Source: an uncultured Deinococcaceae bacterium (GTDB lineage Bacteria; Deinococcota; Deinococci; Deinococcales; Deinococcaceae). Taken from it: a stretch of DNA of 24,323 bases. Below the pieces are notes generated by a model. It was not told the DNA's origin, made no database searches, and saw nothing but the letters and a program-made list of their open reading frames with translations. A program made the position numbers and the translations under genes. Position 1 is the first letter of the stretch. Every line of letters begins with the position of its first letter. Shown here piece after piece: positions 8,457 to 15,930 of this stretch. The DNA lies in NCBI GenBank assembly GCA_964252075.1, contig CAXULY010000045.1:1-24323 (forward strand). The letters are read 5' to 3'.

Positions 8457-8699
8457 TCAATCGTCCACCCGGTCATCCTCCAAGCCCAGCCCGGCCCGGT
8501 GCTCCACCTCCGGGTGCACCACGAGCGGCGGCTCCACGAGGATCGGCCTGTTCAACGCCTGGAGGGTGATCGCGATCATCCGCTCGGAGCGCGCGATGAT
8601 GTCCCTGGAGGCCTGAATCATGGCCTCCAACTCCTCGAGCATCGTGTGGGTCGGATCGTGCGTCTCGTGCAACGTCACGTCGTCATGACGGTCGGTCAT
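8457..8699 (-). CDS. 80-aa hypothetical protein (helical, His/acidic-rich)
   Basis: GAGGAG ribosome-binding site before ATG 8699; GC3-rich. Confidence 0.65.
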   Translation of the reverse strand: MTDRHDDVTLHETHDPTHTMLEELEAMIQASRDIIARSERMIAITLQALNRPILVEPPLVVHPEVEHRAGLGLEDDRVDD

Positions 8700-8942
8700 G
8701 GAACTCCTCAGGTCCTGGTGAGACCGGGAGGTTCAGGAGGTCAGCAGCGTCGCCAGGGCATCTGAAGTCAGGAACGGCGGGCGCCGCCACCCCACGGTGG
8801 CCACGCGTCCTCAAGGTGAGGACCGCGAGGTGAACGCTTCACCCCTCGATGCCTCAGGGTACGCCGCGTACATGAGGTGCGGGTTCACCTGTCCTGCACC
8901 AAGTAGGTTCTGCTGGGTCGGCCCTCCGCGCATGCTGAGGGC

Positions 8943-9161
8943 ATGTCGTCCCTTCAGGAGCCCGAAGTGAAGCCCCTGGAGTTTGCCCAACTCGCGGGCT
9001 TCCTAACAGTGCAGCTGCCCCGCCGCACGCTCATCCCGCCCATCGGGGAACGCCGCTGGTATGGGGGGGAAGAGTACCGCATTCGTGGGTACCTGAACCT
9101 GGCGAGCGAAGGGGAACCCGTGCGCACCGTATTGCTCGTGACCCGCATGGCCCATCCCTGA
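8943..9161 (+). CDS. 72-aa uncharacterised protein, divergent orphan member of the receiver-associated family
   Basis: MSSLQEPEVKPL...RRWYGGEEYRIRGYLNL aligns with MPSATEPTVRPL...RVWSGGQQYKIVGILYF. CATGCT 6 nt before the ATG. Confidence 0.7.
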   Translation: MSSLQEPEVKPLEFAQLAGFLTVQLPRRTLIPPIGERRWYGGEEYRIRGYLNLASEGEPVRTVLLVTRMAHP

Positions 9162-9520
9162 CCGGGGTCGGCGGTTCCACCCAGGCCGCTGCTCCGCCTC
9201 TACGCCAAAAAGGTCCCCACCTGCCCGGAGGCACGTGGGGGCGCCTCGGATCAGCTTTTGAGGGCGACTCCAGCAAGCGCTGAGATGGTCAGGCTGGCCT
9301 CGGCGCTCAACTCCGAGGGGTCCAAGTCTTGAATCCTCTGCCGCTGCCGTCATCTGCTCAAGCTTCTGTTTTTGCACCACCAGCTCGTCCAACTGCTGAC
9401 GCAATTCAGCAATGAGGTCCACCTCATTGTTGTATCCGTCGGTACGAAACGGAAAGACTGACGCATCATAAGGGTGGCACCGCCCAACCCATCCGGTGGG
9501 GGCTTTCTCTCCGCGCAGCC

Positions 9521-9680
9521 AGAAGCGCGCGGTGTAGCGGCCGAGCCCGCCGCGCAGGTACTCCGCGACGTCGTGCGCCACGCCCCTCTCTGGCAAGCCA
9601 AAGGATTTCCCGCTTGGCACATCCAGTCCAGCGCCGAAGCTGCACACCACGTAGAGCTGGTGGCGCGCAGCGCATGTCGT
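9521..9680 (-). pseudogene. 3' fragment of the lipoprotein-like gene that is intact at 18045-18461
   Basis: VVCSFGAGLDVPSGKSFGLPERGVAHDVAEYLRGGLGRYTARF versus VVCAFGVGLEVPGGKSFGLPEGGVAHGVAEYIRGGLGPFTTRF; 5' part and native stop missing. Confidence 0.8.
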
Positions 9681-9901
9681 TCACGCTGTCCCTGACGCCC
9701 AAGCCCCCGCCGCGCCCTCGACCGCCGCTCGGGCAGGAACTGCACGACCTGGACGAGACGCTACGCATGGCCGAAGAGCTCGACGCGCCGCTGAACCGCC
9801 GCCAGCTGGAACTGCTGGAGGATGTGGCACGGCGGATGCAGCGGCTTCACACGCGGATGCGTGTGGGCAGTCCAGCCACGCAGGACGAGCGTCACATCTA
9901 A
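9674..9901 (+). CDS. 75-aa helical hypothetical protein
   Basis: ATG 9674. Paralogue at 15068-15237 (PPLG.EL..LD..L...E.L..PLNRRQLE.L.DVARR.Q..H.RMRVGSPA.QD). Confidence 0.65.
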   Translation: MSFTLSLTPKPPPRPRPPLGQELHDLDETLRMAEELDAPLNRRQLELLEDVARRMQRLHTRMRVGSPATQDERHI

Positions 9902-9915
9902 CGGGTCAGATGCTG

Positions 9916-9951
9916 AAACAGAAAGGGGCGGGCCGCGAGGTGGCCCGCCCC
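9916..9951 (-). terminator. Rho-independent terminator
   Basis: 10-bp GC stem at 9925-9951 followed on the minus strand by TTTCTGTTT. Confidence 0.75.
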
Positions 9952-10009
9952 CTGCGCTCAACCCCTGTGACCGGGGAGCGCAGCGGGAAGGGAGCTCGGC
10001 TCTCCCCGC
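9916..10009 (-). ncRNA. Putative small structured RNA, unit 1
   Basis: TAGTCT -10-like box (10016-10021), two hairpins, then intrinsic terminator ggggcgggcc-N7-ggcccgcccc-tttctgttt. Tandem homologue at 10075-10173. Confidence 0.5.
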
Positions 10010-10074
10010 AGCCCAAGACTAAGTCGCGCCCGGTGTCTTCCAACGCCCCGCCTTGCTTTGTGGGCTTCCTGTTA

Positions 10075-10173
10075 CGGATGAGCGGGCCGACCCCATGAGG
10101 AATCGGCCCGCGTGAGCGCTCAACCCCGCCGCATGCGAGGGAACGCAGCGGGAAGGGAACTCGATTCTCCCCG
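10075..10173 (-). ncRNA. Putative small structured RNA, unit 2
   Basis: Same TAGTCT (10181-10186) and same core; stems retained through G-U pairs only on the minus strand; 13-bp terminal hairpin at 10082-10111. Confidence 0.45.
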
Positions 10174-10248
10174 GAGCTCGAGACTAGGGTATGAAGCTCG
10201 CGGGGGGCCGCGCCGCCTTGCTTTGTGATCGCACCACCAAGACCAAGC

Positions 10249-10420
10249 GGCCCGCGGACTGGCACTCGCCGCCGCCTCATCCTCAGCGGAGCGCCGCGCC
10301 CACCAGAACGCGAAAGTGGGCCGACCCTGCTGCGGCGGGCGGCCCACAGTGGCCCACCAGGTGCACCCCGGTGAGCCAAGCTCAGCATAGACGGGCGGCC
10401 ACCAGAGGGGAGCCGCCCGC
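10249..10420 (-). repeat. Cluster of hairpin repeat modules
   Basis: 10261-10297 resembles 11862-11895; 10315-10347 nearly identical to 15258-15286; 10392-10420 resembles 11913-11942 and 7520-7551. Confidence 0.65.
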
Positions 10421-10491
10421 GCGCCTGGTCACATTGGTGGGCGAACCGGGCGCACCTCCATCATAAACGCGCGCGCCTCGAAGCGACGGGG

Positions 10492-10674
10492 GTGCAGGTC
10501 CTGGCGCCCACGGCCTTCGTGAAGGGCGAAGTCGTGCAGTGCCGCTGGGGCCGCGCCGACGTGGTGCGCGTCGGGGTGAAGAACGTCAGCGTGCGGCTGC
10601 TCGATGGGCCGAGCAAGGGCCGCAGCAGCGTAGAGGAACCCAGCCGCCTGAAGAAAATCGTGTCGCAGGACTGA
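10492..10674 (+). CDS. 60-aa basic beta-rich (SH3/KOW-like) hypothetical protein or gene remnant
   Basis: FVKGEVVQCRWGRADVVRVGVKNVSVRLL pattern; GC3-rich; followed by a terminator. Confidence 0.55.
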   Translation: MQVLAPTAFVKGEVVQCRWGRADVVRVGVKNVSVRLLDGPSKGRSSVEEPSRLKKIVSQD

Positions 10675-10686
10675 CAACCAGCGGTT

Positions 10687-10720
10687 GACGGGCCGGGCAT
10701 CAGCGCCCGGCCCGTCTTTC
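10687..10720 (+). terminator. Rho-independent terminator
   Basis: gacgggccgggc-atcagc-gcccggcccgtc-tttc. Confidence 0.75.
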
Positions 10721-10835
10721 GCGCGTCTCAGACACGACGTCCAGCCGATCGTGGTGAAGAGTACGGCAAGGCCTCGCCGTTGAGGATTCAGAGAACCCGC
10801 AAGGGGCGCCCACGATCCGGCGGCAGAGTGGTCGG

Positions 10836-11003
10836 ATGCTGTCGGACCTGATCCGCCTCCGCGCGCTGCAGGACCAACTCGACGCCCTCCGGTCACGCAA
10901 TGCCCCGTGCCACGAGATCGCGGCGGTTCGGGCGCAGTGGAAGGACGTGTACTACGCGGCGACCAAAGGTGACGCAGGCCGCCCTGCGCATCCGCGAAAA
11001 TGA
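10836..11003 (+). CDS. 55-aa hypothetical protein (below the ORF-track cutoff)
   Basis: MLSDLIRLRALQDQLDALRSRNAPCHEIAAVRAQWKDVYYAATKGDAGRPAHPRK; GC3-rich first 44 codons; CAGAGT 6 nt before the ATG. Confidence 0.5.
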   Translation: MLSDLIRLRALQDQLDALRSRNAPCHEIAAVRAQWKDVYYAATKGDAGRPAHPRK

Positions 11004-11041
11004 CAGAGTGGCGAACGGCACGCCGCTACACTCCTGTGGTG

Positions 11042-11488
11042 ATGACACCCAGCCTCCAGCCGCTGCGCGTCCTCTTGATTGACGATGCACAGGCCGACCT
11101 GACCTTGCTGCGCCACGCCTTCGAAGCGCAGCCGCACCCCACCGAACTGTTGACCGCTTCAGGAGGCCACGCAGCGCTGGACCTGCTGCGCGAAGGCACG
11201 CCCGTCGATCTGATCGTGCTGGACCTCAACATGCCCGGCATGGACGGTTTCGAGGTGCTGGACGCCTTAAAAGCGGATGCGGAATCCCAGCTGATTCCCG
11301 TGCTGGTGCTCACGATCTCGACGGACGACGACGAGGTGGTGCGCGCGTACATGGCACACGCGAACGCCGTCATGGTGAAGCCCGCGCGGTTCGACGACCT
11401 GCAACGGCTGGTAGGCGCGCTGCTGGCGTACTGGCAGCAGGTCCGCTTCGTGCGCGAACGTGACCGACACCAGCACATGCATCCGTAA
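11042..11488 (+). CDS. Single-domain response regulator, Rcp1/CheY-like
   Basis: VLLIDDA, LIVLDLNMPGMDG, IPVLVLT, KP, YW. TACACT 6 nt before GTG 11039 / ATG 11042. Paralogue of 7625-8071. Confidence 0.93.
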   Translation: MTPSLQPLRVLLIDDAQADLTLLRHAFEAQPHPTELLTASGGHAALDLLREGTPVDLIVLDLNMPGMDGFEVLDALKADAESQLIPVLVLTISTDDDEVVRAYMAHANAVMVKPARFDDLQRLVGALLAYWQQVRFVRERDRHQHMHP

Positions 11489-11575
11489 CGGCTGAAGGGT
11501 GTGCATGAAGCCCCATCGGTCCTTGGTTCACGCAGGTCTGGGAGGACCTTCACCCGCGCTGGGTACAACGCGTTC

Positions 11576-11800
11576 ATGCCGTCCGCAACTGAACCCACCG
11601 TGCGCCCACTGAACAAAGAACGCATGGCGGACCTCTATGTGTTGGAGTTTGAGACGGGCACGCCCACTCCGGACCTCATGTCGCGCGTGTGGAGTGGCGG
11701 GCAGCAGTACAAGATCGTCGGCATCCTGTACTTCGGGGATGGCACCGGCCCCGTGGTGCTGGGCCTGGAAATGGAACCCGAAGGCAACCTGCCCCTCTGA
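11576..11800 (+). CDS. 74-aa uncharacterised protein, receiver-associated family member 3
   Basis: ATG 11576 inside ORF 11501-11800; TACAAC 6 nt upstream; 64/74 identical to 8168-8392. Confidence 0.85.
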   Translation: MPSATEPTVRPLNKERMADLYVLEFETGTPTPDLMSRVWSGGQQYKIVGILYFGDGTGPVVLGLEMEPEGNLPL

Positions 11801-11829
11801 CGGAAATCGCAGGCCGCGTCAACGATGAC

Positions 11830-11942
11830 GCGGGCCAGCCCGTCCCGGTGGCCCGCGCGGTGGCGCTCGACGCTGACCCCTCAACGGAGCGCCGCCGACA
11901 CGATACAAGGAAGCGGGCGGTCACCAGAGGAGGGCCGCCCGC
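11830..11942 (-). repeat. Three-hairpin non-coding repeat unit
   Basis: gcgggcca-N11-tggcccgc, ggcgctcgac...ggagcgcc, gcgggcggtcaccagaggagggccgcccgc; further hairpins at 11991-12028 and 12088-12110. Confidence 0.65.
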
Positions 11943-12196
11943 GCGCCCAGTCAGGTGTCTGGAAGCCCAATCGGACACGTTCAGCATAAGCGTGCGGGCC
12001 GCGCCCCTCCACAAGGTCGGCCCGCACGGGCACTGTAGCGCTGTATGGGTCAGGCGATCAGCGAGGACGGCATGAAACCAAGGGGAAGGGCGGGCACGTG
12101 AGGCCCGCCCGATCCGACCATCGACTGCGCCGCGTAGGCCCTGGTCAGTGAGGGCAGGGTAGCAAGGTGGTCTACAGGTTGATCCACAGGGAACGT

Positions 12197-12475
12197 TTAG
12201 GGAGCAAGCGACACCTCCTGCGTGGATTCCTCTTCGAGGAGTGGACCGCGCACCGCCTGCAAGCTGAACGTTCGCGTCCTGCTGTCGAAATCGGCGCTGG
12301 TGATCCTGAAGGCCCACCAGCCGTGCTCGGTGAGGACCCCAATCAGCCCGTCCCCAAACGTGGCTTCCCGCAACGCCTTCAGGTCGTCCGCGCTGACGTC
12401 CCCTCCCCGAAAGACCACGGCAGAACCAGGCTGCGGCGTGACTCCGACTTTCAGCTGGGTCTGTAGTCTCCTCAT
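12197..12475 (-). CDS. 92-aa hypothetical protein
   Basis: ATG 12475 with TACGGT 5 nt upstream; globular-looking sequence. Confidence 0.6.
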   Translation of the reverse strand: MRRLQTQLKVGVTPQPGSAVVFRGGDVSADDLKALREATFGDGLIGVLTEHGWWAFRITSADFDSRTRTFSLQAVRGPLLEEESTQEVSLAP

Positions 12476-12518
12476 ACCCAACCGTACCCAAGCGCGGCGC
12501 GCCCTTTTGGTCCACAGG

Positions 12519-13340
12519 TCATGGAGTGAACGATGGGTCAAGGTCCCGCAACCGTTGGAAGGACGCGGCCCCGGAGCTTATCGAGCTCCAGGGCCGCGTC
12601 CGGAGGTCCTTCAGACGGCGCGCGACCCACTGGGCCTTCGCCTGGTTGCGCTGTCCCTTGACCTTCTGGCGGCAGGCGTCCGCTTCCTTTCCCGTCAGCA
12701 GCTCCAGCTGCACCGCGCGTCCGTCGAGCTCCAGCTGCCCTTCCGCGTTCAGCGCAGCCACGATCCAGAACTGGGTGCCCGCCGCGTCCTGTGCGAGGCC
12801 CGCCATCCAGCCCGCCTTGCCGGAGCGGCGCCCGGCGGCGCCCGCCTCCTCCTTGCTCTTGTACGTCACGCTCGGCGTGAAGTCCAGGTGCACGATGGGG
12901 TTGCGGCCCTCATCGTGCGTGGCAGCGGGCAGCGCGGCGAGGTCGCCGCCGCAGGGCGGGCCCCACTTGATCACGACCTTCGCGGCCTTCTCGGCGGCAG
13001 GGGCGGGGGCGGGCGTGGTGGGCGCCTCAGGCGCTTCGGCGGGCTGGACCGGGCTGGCACCCTCGACTTCCGCGGCGGGCGCTTCAAGCGCCTCGACAGG
13101 CGCCTCGGCCTCCTCCTGCTCGCGCAGCTCATCGGCCGCCGCGAGGGCCTCGACACGTTCCGCCTCGGCGGTCTTCGCGTCCTCGATCAAGCGGTAGATC
13201 TCCGTGGGCGTCACGCGCTGGCGGTCCTCGCCTTCGCCCAGAAAGAAGTCCTTCGAGGTGCGGGTGATGGTGAGGCCATGGGTGGCGGCTTCGGCGATGA
13301 GGGCGTCTTTGTGGGCGGCGGTCGTGGGGGTCTTGGTCAT
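12519..13340 (-). CDS. 273-aa hypothetical protein with central Ala/Pro/Glu linker
   Basis: GGAGG ribosome-binding site before ATG 13340; strong GC3 bias; two domains joined by a low-complexity linker. Confidence 0.8.
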   Translation of the reverse strand: MTKTPTTAAHKDALIAEAATHGLTITRTSKDFFLGEGEDRQRVTPTEIYRLIEDAKTAEAERVEALAAADELREQEEAEAPVEALEAPAAEVEGASPVQPAEAPEAPTTPAPAPAAEKAAKVVIKWGPPCGGDLAALPAATHDEGRNPIVHLDFTPSVTYKSKEEAGAAGRRSGKAGWMAGLAQDAAGTQFWIVAALNAEGQLELDGRAVQLELLTGKEADACRQKVKGQRNQAKAQWVARRLKDLRTRPWSSISSGAASFQRLRDLDPSFTP

Positions 13341-13353
13341 GGTGGTTTTCCTC

Positions 13354-13448
13354 CGTCTAGGACGGTGTTTTTCCGTCCTTGGATGTCTGGAGTCTGAACG
13401 GCGCCACTGCGGATGTCGGAAAACACCGTCTAGAACGTTTCTTTTTTC
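13354..13448. promoter_or_regulatory. Long imperfect inverted repeat abutting the RBS of 12519-13340
   Basis: tctag(g)acggtgtttt(t)ccg ... cggaaaacaccgtctaga, followed on the plus strand by tttctttttt. Confidence 0.6.
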
Positions 13449-13688
13449 GGGGAACTGCTGCCCGAGCACTTCGCGGAAGTTCGAGCGCCTTGCGCGCGCC
13501 CACTGGTGCCGAGCCGGTGCTGGTCACGGTGCCCTACCCGCAGCGATCGGTCACGTGTAACGCCCTCGCAACGGCCTTCCCCGTATGGTGAGTGGCGGAG
13601 GTGCGCCCTGGTCCCTGTGGACATGCGTCCGGACACTCGTCTCCCCGTGGGGCTGCACCTGCCCTTCCCCAGGTGCGAGGAGAAGACC

Positions 13689-14978
13689 ATGACCACCCTG
13701 CTGCACCGCGCGGCCCTGATGGGCCTGCTGCTCCTGCTGGCCGCCTGCGGTCAACCGAGCGGCACCCCGCCATCGCCCGCCCCGCACGCTGCGGCACCGC
13801 AGGTGCGGACCGCAAATGTGTCCACCACCCCTTCGGTGTTGCTCGTGTCGCCCTCCACCGCCGTGTTGGGTGGCCAGCTCACCATCGTGGGCCAGAACTT
13901 CGGGGCGACGCGCGGTTGGAGCGACGTGACGATCGGCGGTCAATCCGTGCCTCAGGTGCTGTCGTGGTCCAACTCCCGGATCGTGGTGAAGATTGCCATC
14001 GGCACCCCGACGTTCCATGGCGGCGTCACGTCCGTCCAGGTGCACGGCTGGGACCCAAGCTTCGGGCAACGGAACAGCAACGCGCTCATGGTGCGCCTGG
14101 TCACGCCGCACGTGCCGGCCCAGCACATCTCCGGAGGGCAGTACCACACCCTGGCCGTGCGGCCGAACGGGACCGTGGCCGTCTGGGGCGGACACAACCT
14201 TGACGTGTACGATTACGGCCAGGCGACGGTCCCTCCAGGCCTGGTGAACGTCGTCGGCGTTTCGGCCAGTCGCTTTCACAACCTGGCCCTCCGAAGCGAC
14301 GGCACGGTCGTCGCGTGGGGCCGAAACGACCATGGTGAGTCCAGCGTTCCGAGTGGGCTGAAGAACGTGGTCATGGTGTCGGCCGGATGGAGCCACAGCC
14401 TGGCCCTCCGGAGTGACGGCACGATCGTCGCGTGGGGCAGCAACATCGATGGTGAGACGTCCGTCCCCATCAGCGCGCAGCACAACGTCGCAGCCGTGTA
14501 CGCCGGAAGGGACTACAGCATCGCCCTGTTGCGCAACGGCACGGTCGTCGCCTGGGGCAGTCCATCGGGTGGCGGGCCGGGCCTTCCGACGGACCTGACG
14601 AACATCGTCGCCATCGCCGGCACTGCGGCACTCACGAGTGACGGCCGGATCAAGGTGTGGGGCAATTCCTCAGGCTATTCGCCTCAGGCGCTGCAGGAGG
14701 TGCAGGCGTGGCGGGGCGTCACGGCCATCGCCTACAACGGCGGGACGCTCTTGGCGCTGAAAGGCGACGGCACCATCCTGGCCAAGTACACACTGTGGAA
14801 GTCACCGGACGGTGATAAGTCGGATCAGGTCCCTGCGGGCCTGTCCAGCGTGGTGGAGATCGCCGTTGGGGAGGGCCACGGCTTGGCCGTGAAGGGCGAT
14901 GGACACGTGGTGGCCTGGGGTGAGAACTACGATGGGCAGCTGGATGTGCCGGCCGGTCTGGTGGTGCGTGTGCCCTGA
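13689..14978 (+). CDS. Lipoprotein with IPT/TIG domain and RCC1/BLIP-II beta-propeller repeats
   Basis: Lipobox LLLAAC; IPT-like LTIVGQNFG...VLSWSNSRIVVKI; repeats such as VSAGWSHSLALRSDGTIVAWGSNIDGE. GAGGAG ribosome-binding site. Confidence 0.92.
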   Translation: MTTLLHRAALMGLLLLLAACGQPSGTPPSPAPHAAAPQVRTANVSTTPSVLLVSPSTAVLGGQLTIVGQNFGATRGWSDVTIGGQSVPQVLSWSNSRIVVKIAIGTPTFHGGVTSVQVHGWDPSFGQRNSNALMVRLVTPHVPAQHISGGQYHTLAVRPNGTVAVWGGHNLDVYDYGQATVPPGLVNVVGVSASRFHNLALRSDGTVVAWGRNDHGESSVPSGLKNVVMVSAGWSHSLALRSDGTIVAWGSNIDGETSVPISAQHNVAAVYAGRDYSIALLRNGTVVAWGSPSGGGPGLPTDLTNIVAIAGTAALTSDGRIKVWGNSSGYSPQALQEVQAWRGVTAIAYNGGTLLALKGDGTILAKYTLWKSPDGDKSDQVPAGLSSVVEIAVGEGHGLAVKGDGHVVAWGENYDGQLDVPAGLVVRVP

Positions 14979-15009
14979 CCGCTTCAGGCGACCGTCGCAC
15001 TGCCATGAG

Positions 15010-15237
15010 GGCCGCCCGAAGGACTTCCCGCCCGGCACGCCAGGCGCGCACCGAAGCTGCACATCCCCGCCGCCGCTCGGCCTGGAGCTGCCTGAGCTTG
15101 ACCAGGCGCTCGCCCTGTGCGAGGCGCTCAACCTGCCCCTGAACCGCCGTCAATTGGAGGTGCTCAAAGATGTCGCGCGACGGGTGCAGAAGCGGCATGC
15201 ACGGATGCGTGTGGGCAGCCCCGCCCTGCAGGACTGA
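15010..15237. pseudogene. Deleted duplicate of the 9590-9890 segment (minus-strand lipoprotein-gene scrap plus 5'-truncated plus-strand paralogue of 9674-9901)
   Basis: Minus strand CSFGARL/VPGGKSFGRP at 15010-15062 abuts plus-strand PPLGLELPELDQALALCEALNLPLNRRQLEVLKDVARRVQKRHARMRVGSPALQD, which lacks a start. Confidence 0.7.
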
Positions 15238-15303
15238 GCATCAAATCTGACGCCAGGAGTGGCCGACCCTGCGGCGGGCGGCCCACGAGGGGAGTCTAAC
15301 GGG

Positions 15304-15930
15304 TCAGGTGGAGCGTTGCCTCTGCGGCCTTACGGCCCGGACGCCCACCACATCTTCCGGCCTGACCTCCCACAGCACCGCCTGAATCACCTTTTCTTCT
15401 CGGGGTCCACCGCCCCACCCCGGTGCATGCCAGTCCAGGTTGAGGATGCTCTCCCAGGACGCCACCACCCGTTCGCCCAGGTCTTCGTGCAGCCACCATT
15501 CGCCCCACTTCAGGCCGCGCGCCTCGCATGCCACCTCAAATGCTTCATCCTCTGTCTGTGTGCCCACGTGCCAGCCGTTGAGCGCGTGGTGCCAGAGGTC
15601 GAAGTCACTCAGCAGCACCCGTTCGAGGGCCACGTCCAGTTCCAGACACACACCAGCCACCGGATAGCGGTACTCTCGCAGGTCCAACTTGCCGGGCCGT
15701 GCTGGGTTGTAGGTGTGCCAAGCCCAGACGGGCAGTTCCACACCTTCGGGTGGCGTGTCGCGGTGAACAAGGGCGCGGGCCATCCACGCGTAAGCCTTGT
15801 GAATGTCCATATTCTCGAGGGGCTCCCCCACGAAGCCGTCGCGTTCGCACAGCGCGCGCTGCGCCCGGAACGTCAGCCCGGCTTGGAGCTCGGCGTGCAC
15901 TTCGTGCGGCTGGAGCGTCCAAAGTCTCAC
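15304..15930 (-). CDS. DUF3841-like protein
   Basis: RLWTLQ, AYAWM, PVWAW, DLR, LELDVALERVLLSDFDLWHHALN and IQAVLWE motifs recalled for DUF3841. GTG overlaps the upstream stop (GTGA). Confidence 0.75.
   Translation of the reverse strand: MRLWTLQPHEVHAELQAGLTFRAQRALCERDGFVGEPLENMDIHKAYAWMARALVHRDTPPEGVELPVWAWHTYNPARPGKLDLREYRYPVAGVCLELDVALERVLLSDFDLWHHALNGWHVGTQTEDEAFEVACEARGLKWGEWWLHEDLGERVVASWESILNLDWHAPGWGGGPREEKVIQAVLWEVRPEDVVGVRAVRPQRQRST

Noticed and set aside
9259..9470. Lower-GC coiled-coil-like stretch (YNNEVDLIAELRQQLDELVVQKQKLEQM) in ORF 9003-9650
   Set aside because: Probably a gene fragment joined by read-through to the lipoprotein scrap; no supportable start or family.
9954..10227. 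tRNA-like T-arm (GGGAG-CTCGGCT-CTCCC / GGGAA-CTCGATT-CTCCC) or HDV-like ribozyme on the plus strand
   Set aside because: No acceptor-stem partner, D-arm or anticodon arm, and no P1 partner upstream for an HDV fold. Wobble pairs favour the minus strand.
9906..10388. 160-aa ORF containing the two repeats in frame
   Set aside because: Poor codon bias, no RBS, and it runs through terminator hairpins. The conservation pattern follows stems rather than codons, although coding is not fully excluded.
9916..10420. CRISPR array
   Set aside because: Only two long degenerate units, no 25-45 bp identical repeats at regular spacing, and no cas genes.
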